DNA of 63,913 nt, filler included, from Octopus bimaculoides (GCF_001194135.2; 4 parts of 4 records of this genome joined end to end with filler, not necessarily neighbours in it), one strand, 5' to 3'. Shown: positions 1 through 13,259, numbered from the whole stretch's first letter. Translations and numbers: made by a program. The notes: a model not told the origin generated them from the letters alone.

Positions 1-335
1 AAGTACTCTGTCACTTACTCTAACGACCTTGATTACCTTATCCACCCATTTCTCCGCTAGAAGTATTCCTACGCCCCCGACTCCGTCAGTGTTCCCTGCC
101 CAGAAAATCTTGTACCTGTGTTCTTTGCCTGTGAGGAACCTCGCAGAACCTCCTCTCCATCTTACTTCCTGGATGCAGCACATATCTACGCGTCTCCGTT
201 CAAGCATCTCAACAATTTCACCAGATCTACTTTTCAGCGTGCCGACGTTGAGAGTGCCAATCCTAACAGTATGGGTGTTGGGGGTGTGGGCCTGTAGCCT
301 GGGAAGGGGAAAAGCAGTGTCGTGTACCTGAAAAG
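1..335 (-). mobile_element. RTE-clade LINE, AP-endonuclease N-terminus (open frame, runs off window edge)
   Basis: Manual - strand translation has no stops: TVRIGTLNVGTLKSRSGEIVEMLERRRVDMCCIQEVRWRGGSARFLTGKEHRYKIFWAGNTDGVGGVGILLAEKWVDKVIKVVRVSDRVL. It contains the TLNV, IQE.RW and GVG.L APE motifs. Confidence 0.9.
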
Positions 336-624
336 AAAACTTGCAATTGTATATATATATATATAAATAAATATACATGTGTATATATATGCATATATAT
401 ATATATGTGTGTGTGTATATATAATCATATCAAAGGGAAATGGAAATTAATAAAAAATTTCACTTCCAAGTGGCCTAGCGTATAAAAGTTTAGTCCAAAG
501 ACTATGAATTACTCATAATGTACAGTGAATATTTAAATACTTGAGGAATCCACTCACGGGATTCCTTATGCCAGCTTAAGGAATCTCGTGAATGGATTCC
601 TCTTATGTATTTAAATATACACTG

Positions 625-664
<40 letters not shown>

Positions 665-667
665 CAC

Positions 668-1470
668 CCTTGTTTACCTTGGAAGCACACTATCAAAAGA
701 TGGTAGCCTTGATGCAGAGATATACTATCGAGTAGGGAAAGGAAGTGTTGCATTTGGAAAGTGAGTATGGCCGGATAAAGGTATTTCCCTGAAGACAAAA
801 ATCAGTGTCTATAAAACTTGTGTATTGACTGCACTTCTTTATTCATTTATTCGAGTGAGACGTGGACCATTTACAGACGTTATACGAAAATGCTGGAGAG
901 ATTTCATCAAAAGTACCTCAGACGTATCTTGAGAGACAAGTGGGAATGCTTCATATCAGATACAGAGGTTTTGCACATGGCATGTTGTAGCTCAATTGAA
1001 CAGCATGTTATCTTGGCTCAAATGAGATGGGCTGGACATGTAATTAGAATGAAAGATGAGCGATTGTCAAAGCATCTTTTTTATGGTGAGCTCAACTCTG
1101 GTAAGCGACCACAACATAAGCTGAGGAAAAGGTATAAAGACTGTGTGAAAGAAAACCTGAAGAAACTAGGTATGAACAAAAGTGATTGCGAAATTGATGT
1201 TCTAGATCGGAACAAGAGGAGAAGTGCTGTTAGGGCTGATTCAGCATCCTAAGTTTAAAAGGACTTATCGCAAAGGAGCAATTGGAATGAACTCAACAGT
1301 GAACATTGGATATGTATTATGCGTGATCGTGTTCTGTTGTCAAAATCATATGAAGTCACTTGAAAATCGAAAAGCTCAGCTAGGTAATAATCTTGAACAT
1401 CAACCGCTTCTAATGACTTATGTCATATGTCGCAAAACTTGTAAGCCAATATCTGGACTTAAAAGACATT
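668..1470 (+). mobile_element. RTE/BovB-like LINE 3' part (RT thumb region plus C2H2-like tail), decayed
   Basis: VYLGSTLSKDGSLDAEI; GISLKTKISVYK; SETWTIYRR..LERFHQKYLRRIL; QMRWAGHVIRMKDERLSKHLFYGEL..GKRP; terminal ICRKTCKPISGLKRH. Frameshifts and stops are present. Confidence 0.85.
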
Positions 1471-1539
1471 CCTTCAGGCCAATAGCTGGACTTAAAATCA
1501 TTCCTTCAGAATCAGATCTGTTTTTTTCTTTTGAAGAGG

Positions 1540-1833
1540 TTACCATCCTTAAACCCATTGAGTGGATTTGGTAGACGGAAACTGAAAGAAGCCTGTCGTA
1601 TATATGTATATATGTATATGTATGTGTGTATATGTTTGTGTCTGTGTTTGTCCCCCCAACATGGCTTGACAACCGATGGTGGTGTGTTTACGTCCCGTAA
1701 CTTAGCGGTTCGGCAAAAGAGACCGATAGAATAAGTACTAGGTTTCCAAAGAATAAGTCCTGGGGTCGATTTGCTCGACTAAAGGTGGTGCTCCAGCATG
1801 TCCGCAGTCAAATGACTGAAACAAGTAAAAGAG

Positions 1834-1835
<2 letters not shown>
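1540..1835 (+). mobile_element. Bipartite tRNA-derived SINE family A, 5'-truncated copy
   Basis: Shares GTGGATTTGGTAGACGGAAACTGAAAGAAGCC-(TA/TG)n-GACAACCGATGGTGG...GAATAAGTCCTGGGGTCGATTTGCTCGACTAAAGG...CAGTCAAATGACTGAAACAAGTAAAAG with many copies in the window. Confidence 0.8.
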
Positions 1836-1878
<43 letters not shown>

Positions 1879-1920
1879 TCTTTTACTGTTTTACTTGTTT
1901 CAGTCATTTGACTGCGGCCA

Positions 1921-2400
1921 AACTTGAAGCAATCTAGCGAAACTCGAAGCAATCTAGCGAAGCTACACAAAGAAAATTGTCTCAATGCAACATATCAGCT
2001 ACTGGGAAAGGCTGAAAGATTTAAGACTATGCTCTCTAGAATGAAGGTGGAAGAGATATTCAGTGATATACACCTGAAAAAATTATGGAAGGCCTTGTAC
2101 CGAACTTTGGCATTGAAAGTTACACAAACAGCAGAATGGGGTGCCACTGCATAGTGCCAAAGATCCCAGCATCGCCATCACAATACAGGACCAGATAGTG
2201 CAACTGTTTGGGCTTCAAAGGTCCACAGCTCTTCAATATCCTTCCAAAAATGCCTGAGAGACCTGCATGGTTTGGATGTAAGTGTCTTCAAAATAAAATT
2301 AGATCTCCTCCTGTCAAGGGTGCCAGGTGAGCCTACATCACGGCAGGAAACACAAATGAGGGCAGCAGCATCAAACTGCCTCATTCACCAATTGCCATAC
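1921..2400 (+). mobile_element. CR1/L2-group LINE ORF2 3' fragment, decayed
   Basis: SYWERLKDLRLCSLE*R.KRYSVIY; IMEGLVPNFGI; FKGPQLFNILPKCLRDL...FKIKLDLLL, typical of CR1-group C-termini. Confidence 0.75.
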
Positions 2401-2494
2401 ATCAGAGTAGATTTCAAATAATGGTGTAACACTGCTAACGATGGTGCCTCAGCAGGACCATAGCTTTGAAGTTGAATCATGTTAAAGAGTATAT

Positions 2495-2826
2495 ATGCTG
2501 AGACCCCCTTCGGTCATCACTGACCATGGGATTGCACCTAGAAAGTTACCCTCCCAGACACAAGTCCGTGCAAGGTTGTTTATGGAAGACCTGCAGTTGC
2601 CCATGCATACCGGCCTCCCCTCTCCATGTCACCAATGTTATCCAAGGGAAAGGCAAAGGTCGATACAGCTTGCCACCTGTGACGTTGCAACTCATTTCTA
2701 CAGCTGAGTGAACTGGAGCAACGGGAAATAAAGTGTCTTGCTCAAGAATACAACACACAGCCCGGTCCGGGATTCGAACTCACAACCTCAGGACCGTAAG
2801 CTCGACGTTCTAACCACTGAGCCATG
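2495..2826 (-). mobile_element. tRNA-derived SINE (not a tRNA gene)
   Basis: Pol III A-box TGGCTCAGTGG and B-box GTTCGAATCC, followed by a SINE body (CTTGAGCAAGACACTT...CCAGTTCACTCAGCTG). Confidence 0.8.
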
Positions 2827-3767
2827 AGAGTGTATATATATGTATATGTATATGTATATGTATATATNNNNNNNNNNNNNNNNNNNNNNNNNNNNNNNNN
2901 NNNNNNNNNNNNNNNNNNNNNNNNNNNNNNNNNNNNNNNNNNNNNNNNNNNNNNNNNNNNNNNNNNNNNNNNNNNNNNNNNNNNNNNNNNNNNNNNNNNN
3001 NNNNNNNNNNNNNNNNNNNNNNNNNNNNNNNNNNNNNNNNNNNNNNNNNNNNNNNNNNNNNNNNNNNNNNNNNNNNNNNNNNNNNNNNNNNNNNNNNNNN
3101 NNNNNNNNNNNNNNNNNNNNNNNNNNNNNNNNNNNNNNNNNNNNNNNNNNNNNNNNNNNNNNNNNNNNNNNNNNNNNNNNNNNNNNNNNNNNNNNNNNNN
3201 NNNNNNNNNNNNNNNNNNNNNNNNNNNNNNNNNNNNNNNNNNNNNNNNNNNNNNNNNNNNNNNNNNNNNNNNNNNNNNNNNNNNNNNNNNNNNNNNNNNN
3301 NNNNNNNNNNNNNNNNNNNNNNNNNNNNNNNNNNNNNNNNNNNNNNNNNNNNNNNNNNNNNNNNNNNNNNNNNNNNNNNNNNNNNNNNNNNNNNNNNNNN
3401 NNNNNNNNNNNNNNNNNNNNNNNNNNNNNNNNNNNNNNNNNNNNNNNNNNNNNNNNNNNNNNNNNNNNNNNNNNNNNNNNNNNNNNNNNNNNNNNNNNNN
3501 NNNNNNNNNNNNNNNNNNNNNNNNNNNNNNNNNNNNNNNNNNNNNNNNNNNNNNNNNNNNNNNNNNNNNNNNNNNNNNNNNNNNNNNNNNNNNNNNNNNN
3601 NNNNNNNNNNNNNNNNNNNNNNNNNNNNNNNNNNNNNNNNNNNNNNNNNNNNNNNNNNNNNNNNNNNNNNNNNNNNNNNNNNNNNNNNNNNNNNNNNNNN
3701 NNNNNNNNNNNNNNNNNNNNNNNNNNNNNNNNNNNNNNNNNNNNNNNNNNNNNNNNNNNNNNNNNNN

Positions 3768-4929
3768 GCTATTCAACTTCATAAAAAGACATAAAGCAGC
3801 TAAAACTACTCGCGATATCAACGAAACGTCTGGTGAAGAAATGACCTGTGAGTGGTCAGCTCGAAAATGGTTTAAACAATTTCGCAGTGGGGACCTGAGC
3901 CTTGAAGATCGTGAGCGTAGTGGACGCCCATCTGTCATCGATGACAGTCAATTAAAGACCGTCATTGAGAAAGATTCACGTAAAACTACTCGAGAACTGG
4001 CAAAAGAACTTCAAGTTATCCATCCAGAAAACTACTTGCAGCCATTTGCATGCGATCGGAAAATCAAAAAAGTTCGACAAATGGGTAGCAAACCATTTGA
4101 ATGAAAATCAGAAAATGCGCAGATATAAAATTTGCTCATCGTTTCTTCTCCGTAACAAGACCGATCTATTTCTCAACCATATTGTAACTTGCGATGAAAA
4201 ATGGATTCTGTACAATAATAAAAAACGTTCTTCGCAGTGGTTGGACCAAAATGAAGCACTGAAAGCCTTCCCTAAGCCCTAGCTCTTCAAAAAGAAGGTA
4301 TGGGTGACTGTTTGGTGGTGTACTTCTTAAAACCCAGAAAAACCATTACTGCAGAAACATTGTCATGAAATTACCAAAATGAACGAAAAACTGCTACTCC
4401 TCCATGTCAGACTGGTCAACAGAAGAGGGCCAATCATTCTTCATGACAATGCTTGACCACACGTTTCACTAATGATGCTTCAGAAGTTGAGGGAACTTGG
4501 ATACAAAGTACTTCCCCACCCAGCTTATTCTACACTTTTTCAAGCAACTTGATGGTTTCCTGCGAGAGAAGGAGTTCAAAAATCAAACCGATGCTGAAAG
4601 TGCATTCAAAGAATTCATCAGCTTCAGAACTCCAGAATAAACAAACTTGTAACTCGTTACCAGAACTTGTTACCGGAATAAACAAACTTGTAACTCGTTA
4701 CCAGAACTTGTTACCGGAATAAACAAACTTGTAACTCGTTACCAGAACTTGTTACCGGAATAAANNNNNNNNNNACTTGTTACCGGAATAAACAAACTTG
4801 TAACTTGTTGACAAAAATATGTTGATTGTAATGGTATTTACTTTGATGAATAAAATTTCCGCATTGTTGAAATATATAGTGATGAATTTCATGTTTCAAA
4901 ATGTTGCTTACTTTTTACTCAGCCTGATA
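3768..4929 (+). mobile_element. Mariner transposon with defective transposase; 5' end lost in gap, right TIR present
   Basis: KWFKQFRSGDLSLEDRERSGRPS, KWVANHL (WVPHEL-like), IVTCDEKWILY and HDNA*PH motifs; YSPDLAP(D) region deleted; ends ...TTACTTTTTACTCAGCCTGA followed by TA. Confidence 0.92.
4638..4805. repeat. 41-bp tandem repeat inside mariner C-terminal coding region
   Basis: Unit AAACAAACTTGTAACTCGTTACCAGAACTTGTTACCGGAAT, three copies, then a short gap and a partial copy. Confidence 0.9.
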
Positions 4930-5131
4930 TACATATATATATTGTTGAAATTTTTGAAAATAAGTTATCCATCTACATGTTTACCTCACTTAAACAGCTA
5001 ACGTCATTGGTAAAGGTATGAATATCACAGATACCCAATTTTTTTCAAAACAGGTTGTGTGTGTTTTGTCGTGAGGAAATCAATTTGTTTCAAAGATATT
5101 TTAATTTGATTGCTGTATTTTACAGAAAGAT

Positions 5132-5137
5132 TTTATT
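5132..5137 (-). promoter_or_regulatory. Candidate polyadenylation signal of the MAM gene
   Basis: AATAAA on the - strand about 90 nt downstream of the TGA at 5226-5228. Confidence 0.4.
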
Positions 5138-5225
5138 GACAAACATGCTTCAATGTTTATATGTTACTAATCTTAACATGTTATAGTGTTACCATTTTAC
5201 AACTGTACGATGTGCAGAAGAGTTA

Positions 5226-5345
5226 TCAAGGTAGATCAATCCCTCTGAAATTCCGTTTGTAGTTACAGAATCCTGGTTCAACTCTGATGTCGTCCACTGC
5301 AATGTCACCTTCTCTGCCAGAACCAATAACAGCCTCCAGTACCAA
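5226..5345 (-). CDS. MAM-domain protein, last coding exon
   Basis: Acceptor ttttttgcag, phase 0; LVLEAVIGSGREGDIAVDDIRVEPGFCNYKRNFRGIDLP* contains the MAM C-terminal GDIA.DDI..C motif. Confidence 0.92.
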   Translation of the reverse strand: MVLEAVIGSGREGDIAVDDIRVEPGFCNYKRNFRGIDLP

Positions 5346-5786
5346 CTGCAAAAAATATTTTATGCTTATTAGAAAGTGTACAGAATGGTAGAACATTGGA
5401 CAGAACTGTTAGAATGTAGGACAGGATTGACAAAATGTCATTTGCAAAGTATGACACGGTAGCTTATACTATAACTTCTATTGTTGGTGATGAAGTCTCA
5501 GTCCTACTACCCTTGACTCACCTTTGATGAGTAGAAGGGAGAGGGCTGTACTATCAGTAGTTTGGTAGCCATTCCACAGTGAATTGGATCAGCATGAAAT
5601 GAAATGCTGAGCTCAAGGGATAATGTGTTACCTAGTCCAGGAATTGAACCAATGATTTTAGGATTGTGAACCTAACTCCAAAACATTAGGCCACAAACTT
5701 TCACTGAAACAATGATACTAGTTATATGTAATAAGGATAGAATTGAAGTGGTCAACTGTATGCTTCCCACAGAAAGTCATAGTTAC

Positions 5787-6037
5787 CTGAAATGGGGATC
5801 TGGCTTGAAATTCAATGTCACTTTTGTGCCATTCATCTCCCTGTATTCCTCTCTTGCTAAACAACACCTCTGTTTGCTGCCTATCAAAGAACTGTGCTCG
5901 TAGAGACAACATGCCTACTGTATAGCCAGCCATGTGGTAAGAGAGTCTGATACAGTATAAATTAGTTGGTATATGTTGTGAAGTGAGCTGTGTCACTCTG
6001 TTCTCATGTCCATTAGCTTCAGCAAAGATGTAATAGC
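5787..6037 (-). CDS. MAM-domain protein, internal exon
   Basis: Acceptor tttttatgccag (phase 1), donor GTAACT (phase 0); GYYIFAEANG..LTS....YCIRLSYHMAGYTVGMLSL....LFSKRGIQGDEWHKSDI. Confidence 0.92.
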
Positions 6038-6424
6038 CTGGCATAAAAAGATATATTTCAATAGGCAATTGATTTAATAAAATCTATTTAAGTTGATTAT
6101 ATATTCTGGAATTAAATTTAAACAGTAAAAACCAATAAAAGAATCTGTACATCATCATGTGAATATTTTTGAAAAAAACTAATTATAACACTAATTATAA
6201 TACATTCTAGCCGATTCAAATGTGAATATCTGATTGCTGTTGTTTTTCTTCGATTCTTGTTGCTCTGCTTGCACCTCATGAATTAATATCTGAACAATTT
6301 GTTTGCTGATTCCTATAAACAAAGGCTTGTACTGTTAGATTCATCTGTTTGGTGGAATGCTTTAGACTGAGGAGACACACAAGGTCAAAACACAGAAGTG
6401 TCTCAAAGACTTTACACCTGCAAA

Positions 6425-7323
<899 letters not shown>

Positions 7324-7374
7324 TGTTCATCATCATCATCATTATCATCCTCCTCCTCCTCCTCCTCCTCATCA

Positions 7375-7810
7375 TTTAACGTTTGTTGTCCATGCTGGCA
7401 TGGTTTGGATGGTTTGGTCAGAGCTGGTAAGCCAGATAGCTATACCAGGCTCCACTCTGATTTGACATGGTTTCTACAGCTGGATGCCCTTCCTAATTCC
7501 AACCACTTTACAGAGTGTGTTGGCTGCTTTTACATAGCATTACAGAGTGTGTTGGATGCTTTTACATGGACGTTTTTATGTGGCCCAGCACAGGTGCTTT
7601 TATGTGGCATCACAGGAATGCTTTTACATAGCACCATATGGGTGCTTTTACATAGTGCTTTTTATGTGGCACTGGCACAGGACTCTTGCCGGTCAATCCT
7701 CTCCACCAGGGAGACTGGACTTAACATTCTGCTGTGGAGCACAGGTCTTCTTGAGTACAAGATGCCAGGCATTTCGGTCCTTTGCCATCTTGCCCGAAGG
7801 GTTCAGCATC
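7375..7810 (-). mobile_element. SINE-like repeat family B (core GGTTGG..TTAGGAAGGGCATCCAGCTGTAGAAACC, (GAT)n tail)
   Basis: Same core at about 10000-10175, 17290-17590 and 28260-28740; 5' part carries tandem GTGCCACATAAAAAGCAC units. Confidence 0.7.
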
Positions 7811-8934
7811 CTGCAGTCATTCTTCACTACTTCAAGTGTTATAATCACAAATTGTCTAAACCATTGTTTCTCAAATGATTCTTAATCTAAAGACTCCTTT
7901 GATTTCTATTTTATTCAGATGGGCCTTCCTAGCCATTCAATGTTTAAAAATCCATATTATATTTTTGTGATTAAACATTATTGGGAATTTTATTAAAAAA
8001 ATTGTTAAAATATTTTGGGTATTGTAGAAGTATAACAGATTTATTGCAGATAAATTTTAATAACAAAGTCTTATGTGGACCCTCAAGGGCCATATGGATC
8101 CTGGTTGAGAACCACTGGTCCAAACAGAGGAAGTGTTCTCTGATGATGAAAAATAGCAGTGATCAAATATTCACATTTGAATCTACAAGAATGTATTAAG
8201 AATGAATACATACTTTGTTAATTATAATAACGTTTCTGATTGTCACAAAGTTATTTTCACTGTTTCAATTAACAAAAACAAAATATCTACTGTTTTAGAA
8301 CAGTAGAAAGGGAGGGTCACTACTTGTAAACTTTTCAGGTTTCTCCAGACTGGTGTGACTATCACTTTTACTGCACAATATTGATAAGATGAATGTGAAC
8401 CTTTACAGTCCTACCTTGGTCAGTTTGTTAGTGTGCCTATGATCTTCACAGTTCCACATTGGTCAGACTGGTATGAAGTGACCATCACCTTCACTGGTCA
8501 GACATATACAACTAATGTCTATTCTGAATGGGGAATATGAACTTGTGGTTTGGTCTCAATTCTTGCATCTGAGTAGATTCTTATTAAGGTACACCAGGAC
8601 CAAGTGGTGGTGTTAAACTGGGTGGCTAAATATAATTGATACTGTTACTGACCAGCAGTTTTATAGGTTCTTATAATACAGCGACACTTTTGTTCATTTT
8701 TTATTTCATTTTATGGTTCTATAGCACATTTACTGAATGAGTGAGCTGCTATATAGTTACTTGGCCCATCAGAAATAGCAGTCAAGAGTCTCTTAAATCA
8801 TAAGGACACATTAGATATGGCTGATTAAAAAAAGATGGATGGTCATAGCCAAAATAACTTTGTTCAACTGCTCAATTAGGGATGACATAGAAGTCAAGAA
8901 AAAAGAGGAGGAAATGAAGGAGACAATTACTCAC

Positions 8935-9081
8935 CAAGACCATTAGTATTATCTCCACTGGGGCCAGTGAATGCAGTTGGAGTTGAACCTTTGAAGACTT
9001 TCCAGTCAAAATCATCGTCTGTATTTTGTTTCCAAGAACAAATGTTCTGTTGTTCAAAGTTGCAATCCCACTTTGTATGCC
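8935..9081 (-). CDS. MAM-domain protein, exon with MAM N-terminus
   Basis: Acceptor tttcaatgtcag, donor GTGAGT, phase 1 at both ends; [48 protein letters not shown](G). Splices in frame to the 6037 exon. Confidence 0.92.
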
Positions 9082-9144
9082 CTGACATTGAAATATAAGC
9101 TTATCGGTTTAGATTATTGGTTACAATGTCAATAATGATGATGG

Positions 9145-9184
<40 letters not shown>

Positions 9185-9504
9185 ATAACAATAATAGCAA
9201 TTTTGAGGTGGGGGATTAATCAATACCATCAACCCTAGTACATGACTGGTACTTTTCTTTATCAGTTCTGAAAAGATGAAGGGCAAACTTGAGAGAAAAA
9301 GGTGAGAGAGAGAGAGCGGAGGGGAATGTAGCAAGTGGTGGTGAGCATGGGTGGGGAAAGGGAGTGTTGGGAAGATGGGTTGTGAGAGGGTTTTCAAGGA
9401 GAGAGATTATGTGTGTGTGTGTGTGGGGGGGGGGGATGATCATAAAGGACATGCCTTAATGGCCTCAAATAAAAGCAGTGTCAGGTAAACAAACAAATAA
9501 AAAA

Positions 9505-10320
9505 AAAACATACCAGCAGAGCAGGCACTTCAAAAGTAATGAAAGCAAATTTTACCAACAGCTGAACAATGAAGAGGAATATCAGGGGAATGATATGTCA
9601 GATACTGAAGTAGCAAGAATTCTTGAGAAAAGAAGTTCAACATAATATGGAGGCAGACTAGTTATGGAAATTTAGAAGTGAAATGGAAGCCAGAGCAAAA
9701 TAAGAAAATATAACTATTACAGATATGAGGATTAGATTGAGTGCATGAGCAGTGAGTTCACATGAAGGCAAAATTCACCTCCTTGTACCTTGAGGGTAGG
9801 CTCTGGCACATTGCTACCACCTCTCTCTCTCTCTCGACCCCTCCCTCTGACTGGGAGTAACCATGTATATCCTTTACAGTAAAACACCTGTTTCCCCTCA
9901 TAGCTTAACTTCTCATATCAACTAGTAAAAGAACACCTCCACAATACTACTCACCCTCTCAGTTGATGGATTTTTGTCTTGTCAGTTACTTCATGACCTC
10001 GCTGGTGCTGGTGCTAGGGCCATGTAAAAAGCACCCAGTACACTCAGTAAAGTGTAGGAAGAACATCCAGCCATAGAAACCATGCCAAAGAAGATAGCAC
10101 AGTTGTCTAGCTTGCCAGCTCCTGTCAAACCGTTCAACCCATACATGCATAAAAGATAGATGTTAAATGATGATAGTCACAGATAAGAAAGTGAAAAAGA
10201 TGGTTAAGAAGATACCAAACTGGAAAGTCAATGGACTAGATGGTGTTCAGGGATTCTTGCTAAAAATCTTCTGAGTACTCATGGTCATATACAATACAAT
10301 CTTTTCACATTGTTGGCAAA
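9505..10320 (+). mobile_element. R4/Dong LINE ORF fragments (about 9505-9760 and 10190-10320) split by another repeat
   Basis: FKSNESKFYQQLN..E...MSDTEVARI and VKKIPNWKVNGLDGVQGF resemble the R4-clade pre-RT F.TNQ.KFY..L and PNWKAPGPDGV.G motifs. Confidence 0.65.
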
Positions 10321-10376
10321 GGCTTTCTAATATATAACTTTAAATATATCTATATTATATGGTGCAGGAGTTATAG

Positions 10377-10430
<54 letters not shown>

Positions 10431-10884
10431 CTACAACTACTACGACGACGACGATGATGATGGCAACAATGATGATGATGATGAATGATGATAAAAATCT
10501 GTTTAAGAGTGCTTGGGACATTTAAGCAGAAGGGAATTTAGGCCACTGCTCTGAAAAATATTAACATTGATGAATTATCAATGTAATTAACATATTCATT
10601 AATGAAAGTGTATCGTTTTTGCTTCATATAATTATTATATGCCAAATGTATACACTAAATGGTTAAGTACTAAATGTGCTTGACCCAACAAAATGGTTGG
10701 GGCCAGCTCAAATGAACCTTGACTATAATTCCATAACCTCGATTTTTTCAATTTTTAATTTTCATTAACTTTCTTAAACTTTGTAAAAATTGCATAAACT
10801 TTATGTTAAAATATTCATTGTATTATAACCTTTAGTTTCATATAAGCATAATAATTTCATATAGCATAATAATTAATAATAATA

Positions 10885-11075
10885 ATGGTTTCAGATTTTG
10901 CCGCAAGGACAGCAATTTTGGGGCAGGAGATGAGTCGATTACAGTGTTCAACTGGTACTTATTTTATCGACCCTGAAAGGATGAAAGGTAAAGTCAACCT
11001 CAGCAGAATTTGAACTCAGAACGTAGCAGCAGGCAAAATACCACTAAGCATTTTGTCTGGTGTGCTAATGATTCT
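10885..11075 (-). mobile_element. tRNA-derived SINE family C (GAGTTCAAATTC..GAGGTYGACTTT.CCTTTCATCCTTTC.GGGTCGATAAA..AGTACCAG)
   Basis: Core recurs at about 13700-13800, 14070-14180, 23200-23420, 50040-50345, 53680-53780, 54540-55010 and 60970-61170. Confidence 0.75.
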
Positions 11076-12269
11076 GCCAGCTCACCACCTTAATAATTAT
11101 AATAGAAATATCTTTTCTAACATTCTTTACTCAAGAGTCTCTTCATGTTCACATTTCACTCGGATCTCTATTTTACTCTTACTTATCATCTCCCACTCCT
11201 CTTCTTTCTCTGTTTGTTTACTCTTTCTCCCACTTATTCTCCTCCCCTTTCTATTAGTCATTTCGTCTTTATATATCTACTTTTCTATCTGTCTCTCTTT
11301 CTTCTGTTTGTTTTTTTCTGTCTCCCATTCTTCCTCTCTCTATGTTTCTTTACTCTCTTTTCAACTCATTCTCCTTCACTTTCTGTCAGTTCTGTATCAA
11401 TCCTCCTGTCTGTCTATGAGTCCTCCCCTCTCTCTATATCTACCTTTCTGTCTGTCTGTCTGTCGTTCTCTCTCTCCCTCTCCCTCTTTTTATCTCTATC
11501 TCTGTCTTTCACTGTCTTCATTTGCATTTCCCTCTTACATTCTTCCTCCTACTACTACTGTAGCTTCCTCTCTTTTTCTTTTACACTCCCTCCTCTATCT
11601 CCCAAACATGCTTTATTACCCTTTCTTTCTTGTTTTCTCTGCGTATTCCTCTCTACCTTACAACACTAGAGAAGTTAAATTGCCCACCAGGTCATGTCTT
11701 CTCTCTGGTTACGTCTTGTCTCTTCCTTCTGGTGATCATCATCTGGTCAAATTTAATTAACACTATGTCCGAATTCTCATTAATTCATTAAATTAATACT
11801 TTTCTTTCTTTTCACTGAGCTCAAGGCTAACCTGAATAGTGAGAACAGAGGAGGTACAGATGTTATTATGAGAGATAACGTGATTGTTCGACTTGTTAGA
11901 AATAGGAGTTAGAATGCTCTCAAATCACTTCCTACTGTCCCTTAGGAAAGATGCATTTGATGATGTATTTCTAGACATACTGTATCAGAAATACAGAATG
12001 GCTGGTCAAGCTGAGCTGAAACATCTTTGATTGTAGGTCTGCTAACCCAGAAATGGTCTGGGGCTAAATAACCAGATATGTTTTATGTACAAAGTAATGT
12101 ACATATTTATGTAACACATGTATATTATACTAAAGTTAAATGAATGTACTGGTCAAGCACTTAACGTGCTTGACCCAACGAAATGTTGGGTCAAGCTCAA
12201 ATGAGCCTTGACTATATTTCCGTTACCTCGCCACACATTAGAAATAGATAGAAATACTGAATTTTTCAA

Positions 12270-12690
12270 TTCTTTAATTTCCATTTACTTTTTTACTTGT
12301 TTCAGTCATTTGACTGCGGCCATGCTGGAGCACCACCTTTAGTCGAGCAAATCGACCCCGGGACTTATTCTTTGTAAGCCTAGTACTTATTCTATCGGTC
12401 TCTTTTGCTGAACCGCTAAGTGACGGGGACATAAACACACCAGCATCTTTTGTCAAGCAATGCTAGGGGGACAAACACAGACACACAAACATACACACAC
12501 ATATATATATATATATATATACATATATACGATGGGCTTCTTACAGCTTCCGTCTACCAAATCCACTCACAAAACTTTGGTTGGCCCGAGCTATAGTAGA
12601 AGACACTTGCCCAAGATGCCACGCAGTGGAACTGAACCCGGAACTATGTTGTTGGTAAGCAAGCTACTTACCACACAGTTACTCCTGCGC
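12270..12690 (-). mobile_element. Bipartite SINE family A, near full length, inserted into a repeat
   Basis: tRNA-like head GGAGTAACTGTGTGGTAAGTAGC...GGGTTCAGTTCC, core, (TA)n(TG)n and second module. Flanks rejoin to match 10660-10860. Confidence 0.85.
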
Positions 12691-13010
12691 CATAACTTAA
12701 ACTTTGTTAAAATTGCATAAACCTTATGTTAAGATATTCATTGTATTATAACATTTATTTTCCTATAAGTTTTATAGCACAATAATTGATTATTATAATT
12801 AAATACCAATTTTCCATCCAAAATGCTGAACATTGTTGCTTTGTTTTTTGAAAAAACTTAATTGAAATGAAATAACAGGCTTAAATGATAATTATAAAAT
12901 AAAAATTAAANNNNNNNNNNNNNNNNNNNNNNNNNNNNNNNNNNNNNNNNNNNNTTAATTAATTAANNNNNNNNNNNNNNNNNNNNNNNNNNNNNNNNNN
13001 NNNNNNNNNN

Positions 13011-13056
<46 letters not shown>

Positions 13057-13259
13057 TGTGTGGTAAAAAGCATGCTTCCCAACCACATGTTCTGGGTTCA
13101 ATCCCACTGCATGGCACCTTGGGCAAGTACCTTCTACTATAGCCTTGGGCTGACAAAAGCCTTGTAAGTCGATTTGGTAGACAGAAACTGAAAGAAGCCC
13201 ATTGTATATATATAAAACTACTGAACAATAATAATAATAATAATAATAATGATAATAAT

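Noticed and set aside
2755-2826. tRNA-like sequences (also 22000-22078, 27945-28020 and the SINE heads)
   Set aside because: A/B boxes are present but each continues into a repeated SINE body, and a proper acceptor stem was not found.
4638-4805. Regular direct repeats suggestive of a CRISPR array
   Set aside because: Head-to-tail units with no unique spacers, inside a mariner, in eukaryotic DNA.
8330-8660. GC-richer block between MAM exons as an additional exon
   Set aside because: All - strand frames contain stops, and the flanking exons already join in frame into a complete domain.
10520-10553. Acceptor-like tatttttcag followed by QWPKFPSA* as an alternative last exon of the MAM gene
   Set aside because: Only a splice-like motif and a short peptide; expected by chance in AT-rich introns.
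11053-11760. 235-aa hydrophobic ORF resembling a membrane protein
   Set aside because: Translation of a CT-rich low-complexity tract.
12955-12966. TTAATTAATTAA between two 44-N runs (also 36996-37007 and 49803-49814)
   Set aside because: Artificial six-frame-stop spacer (44+12+44 = 100 bp) marking assembly joins; not biological. It also weakens any claim of gene adjacency across these points.
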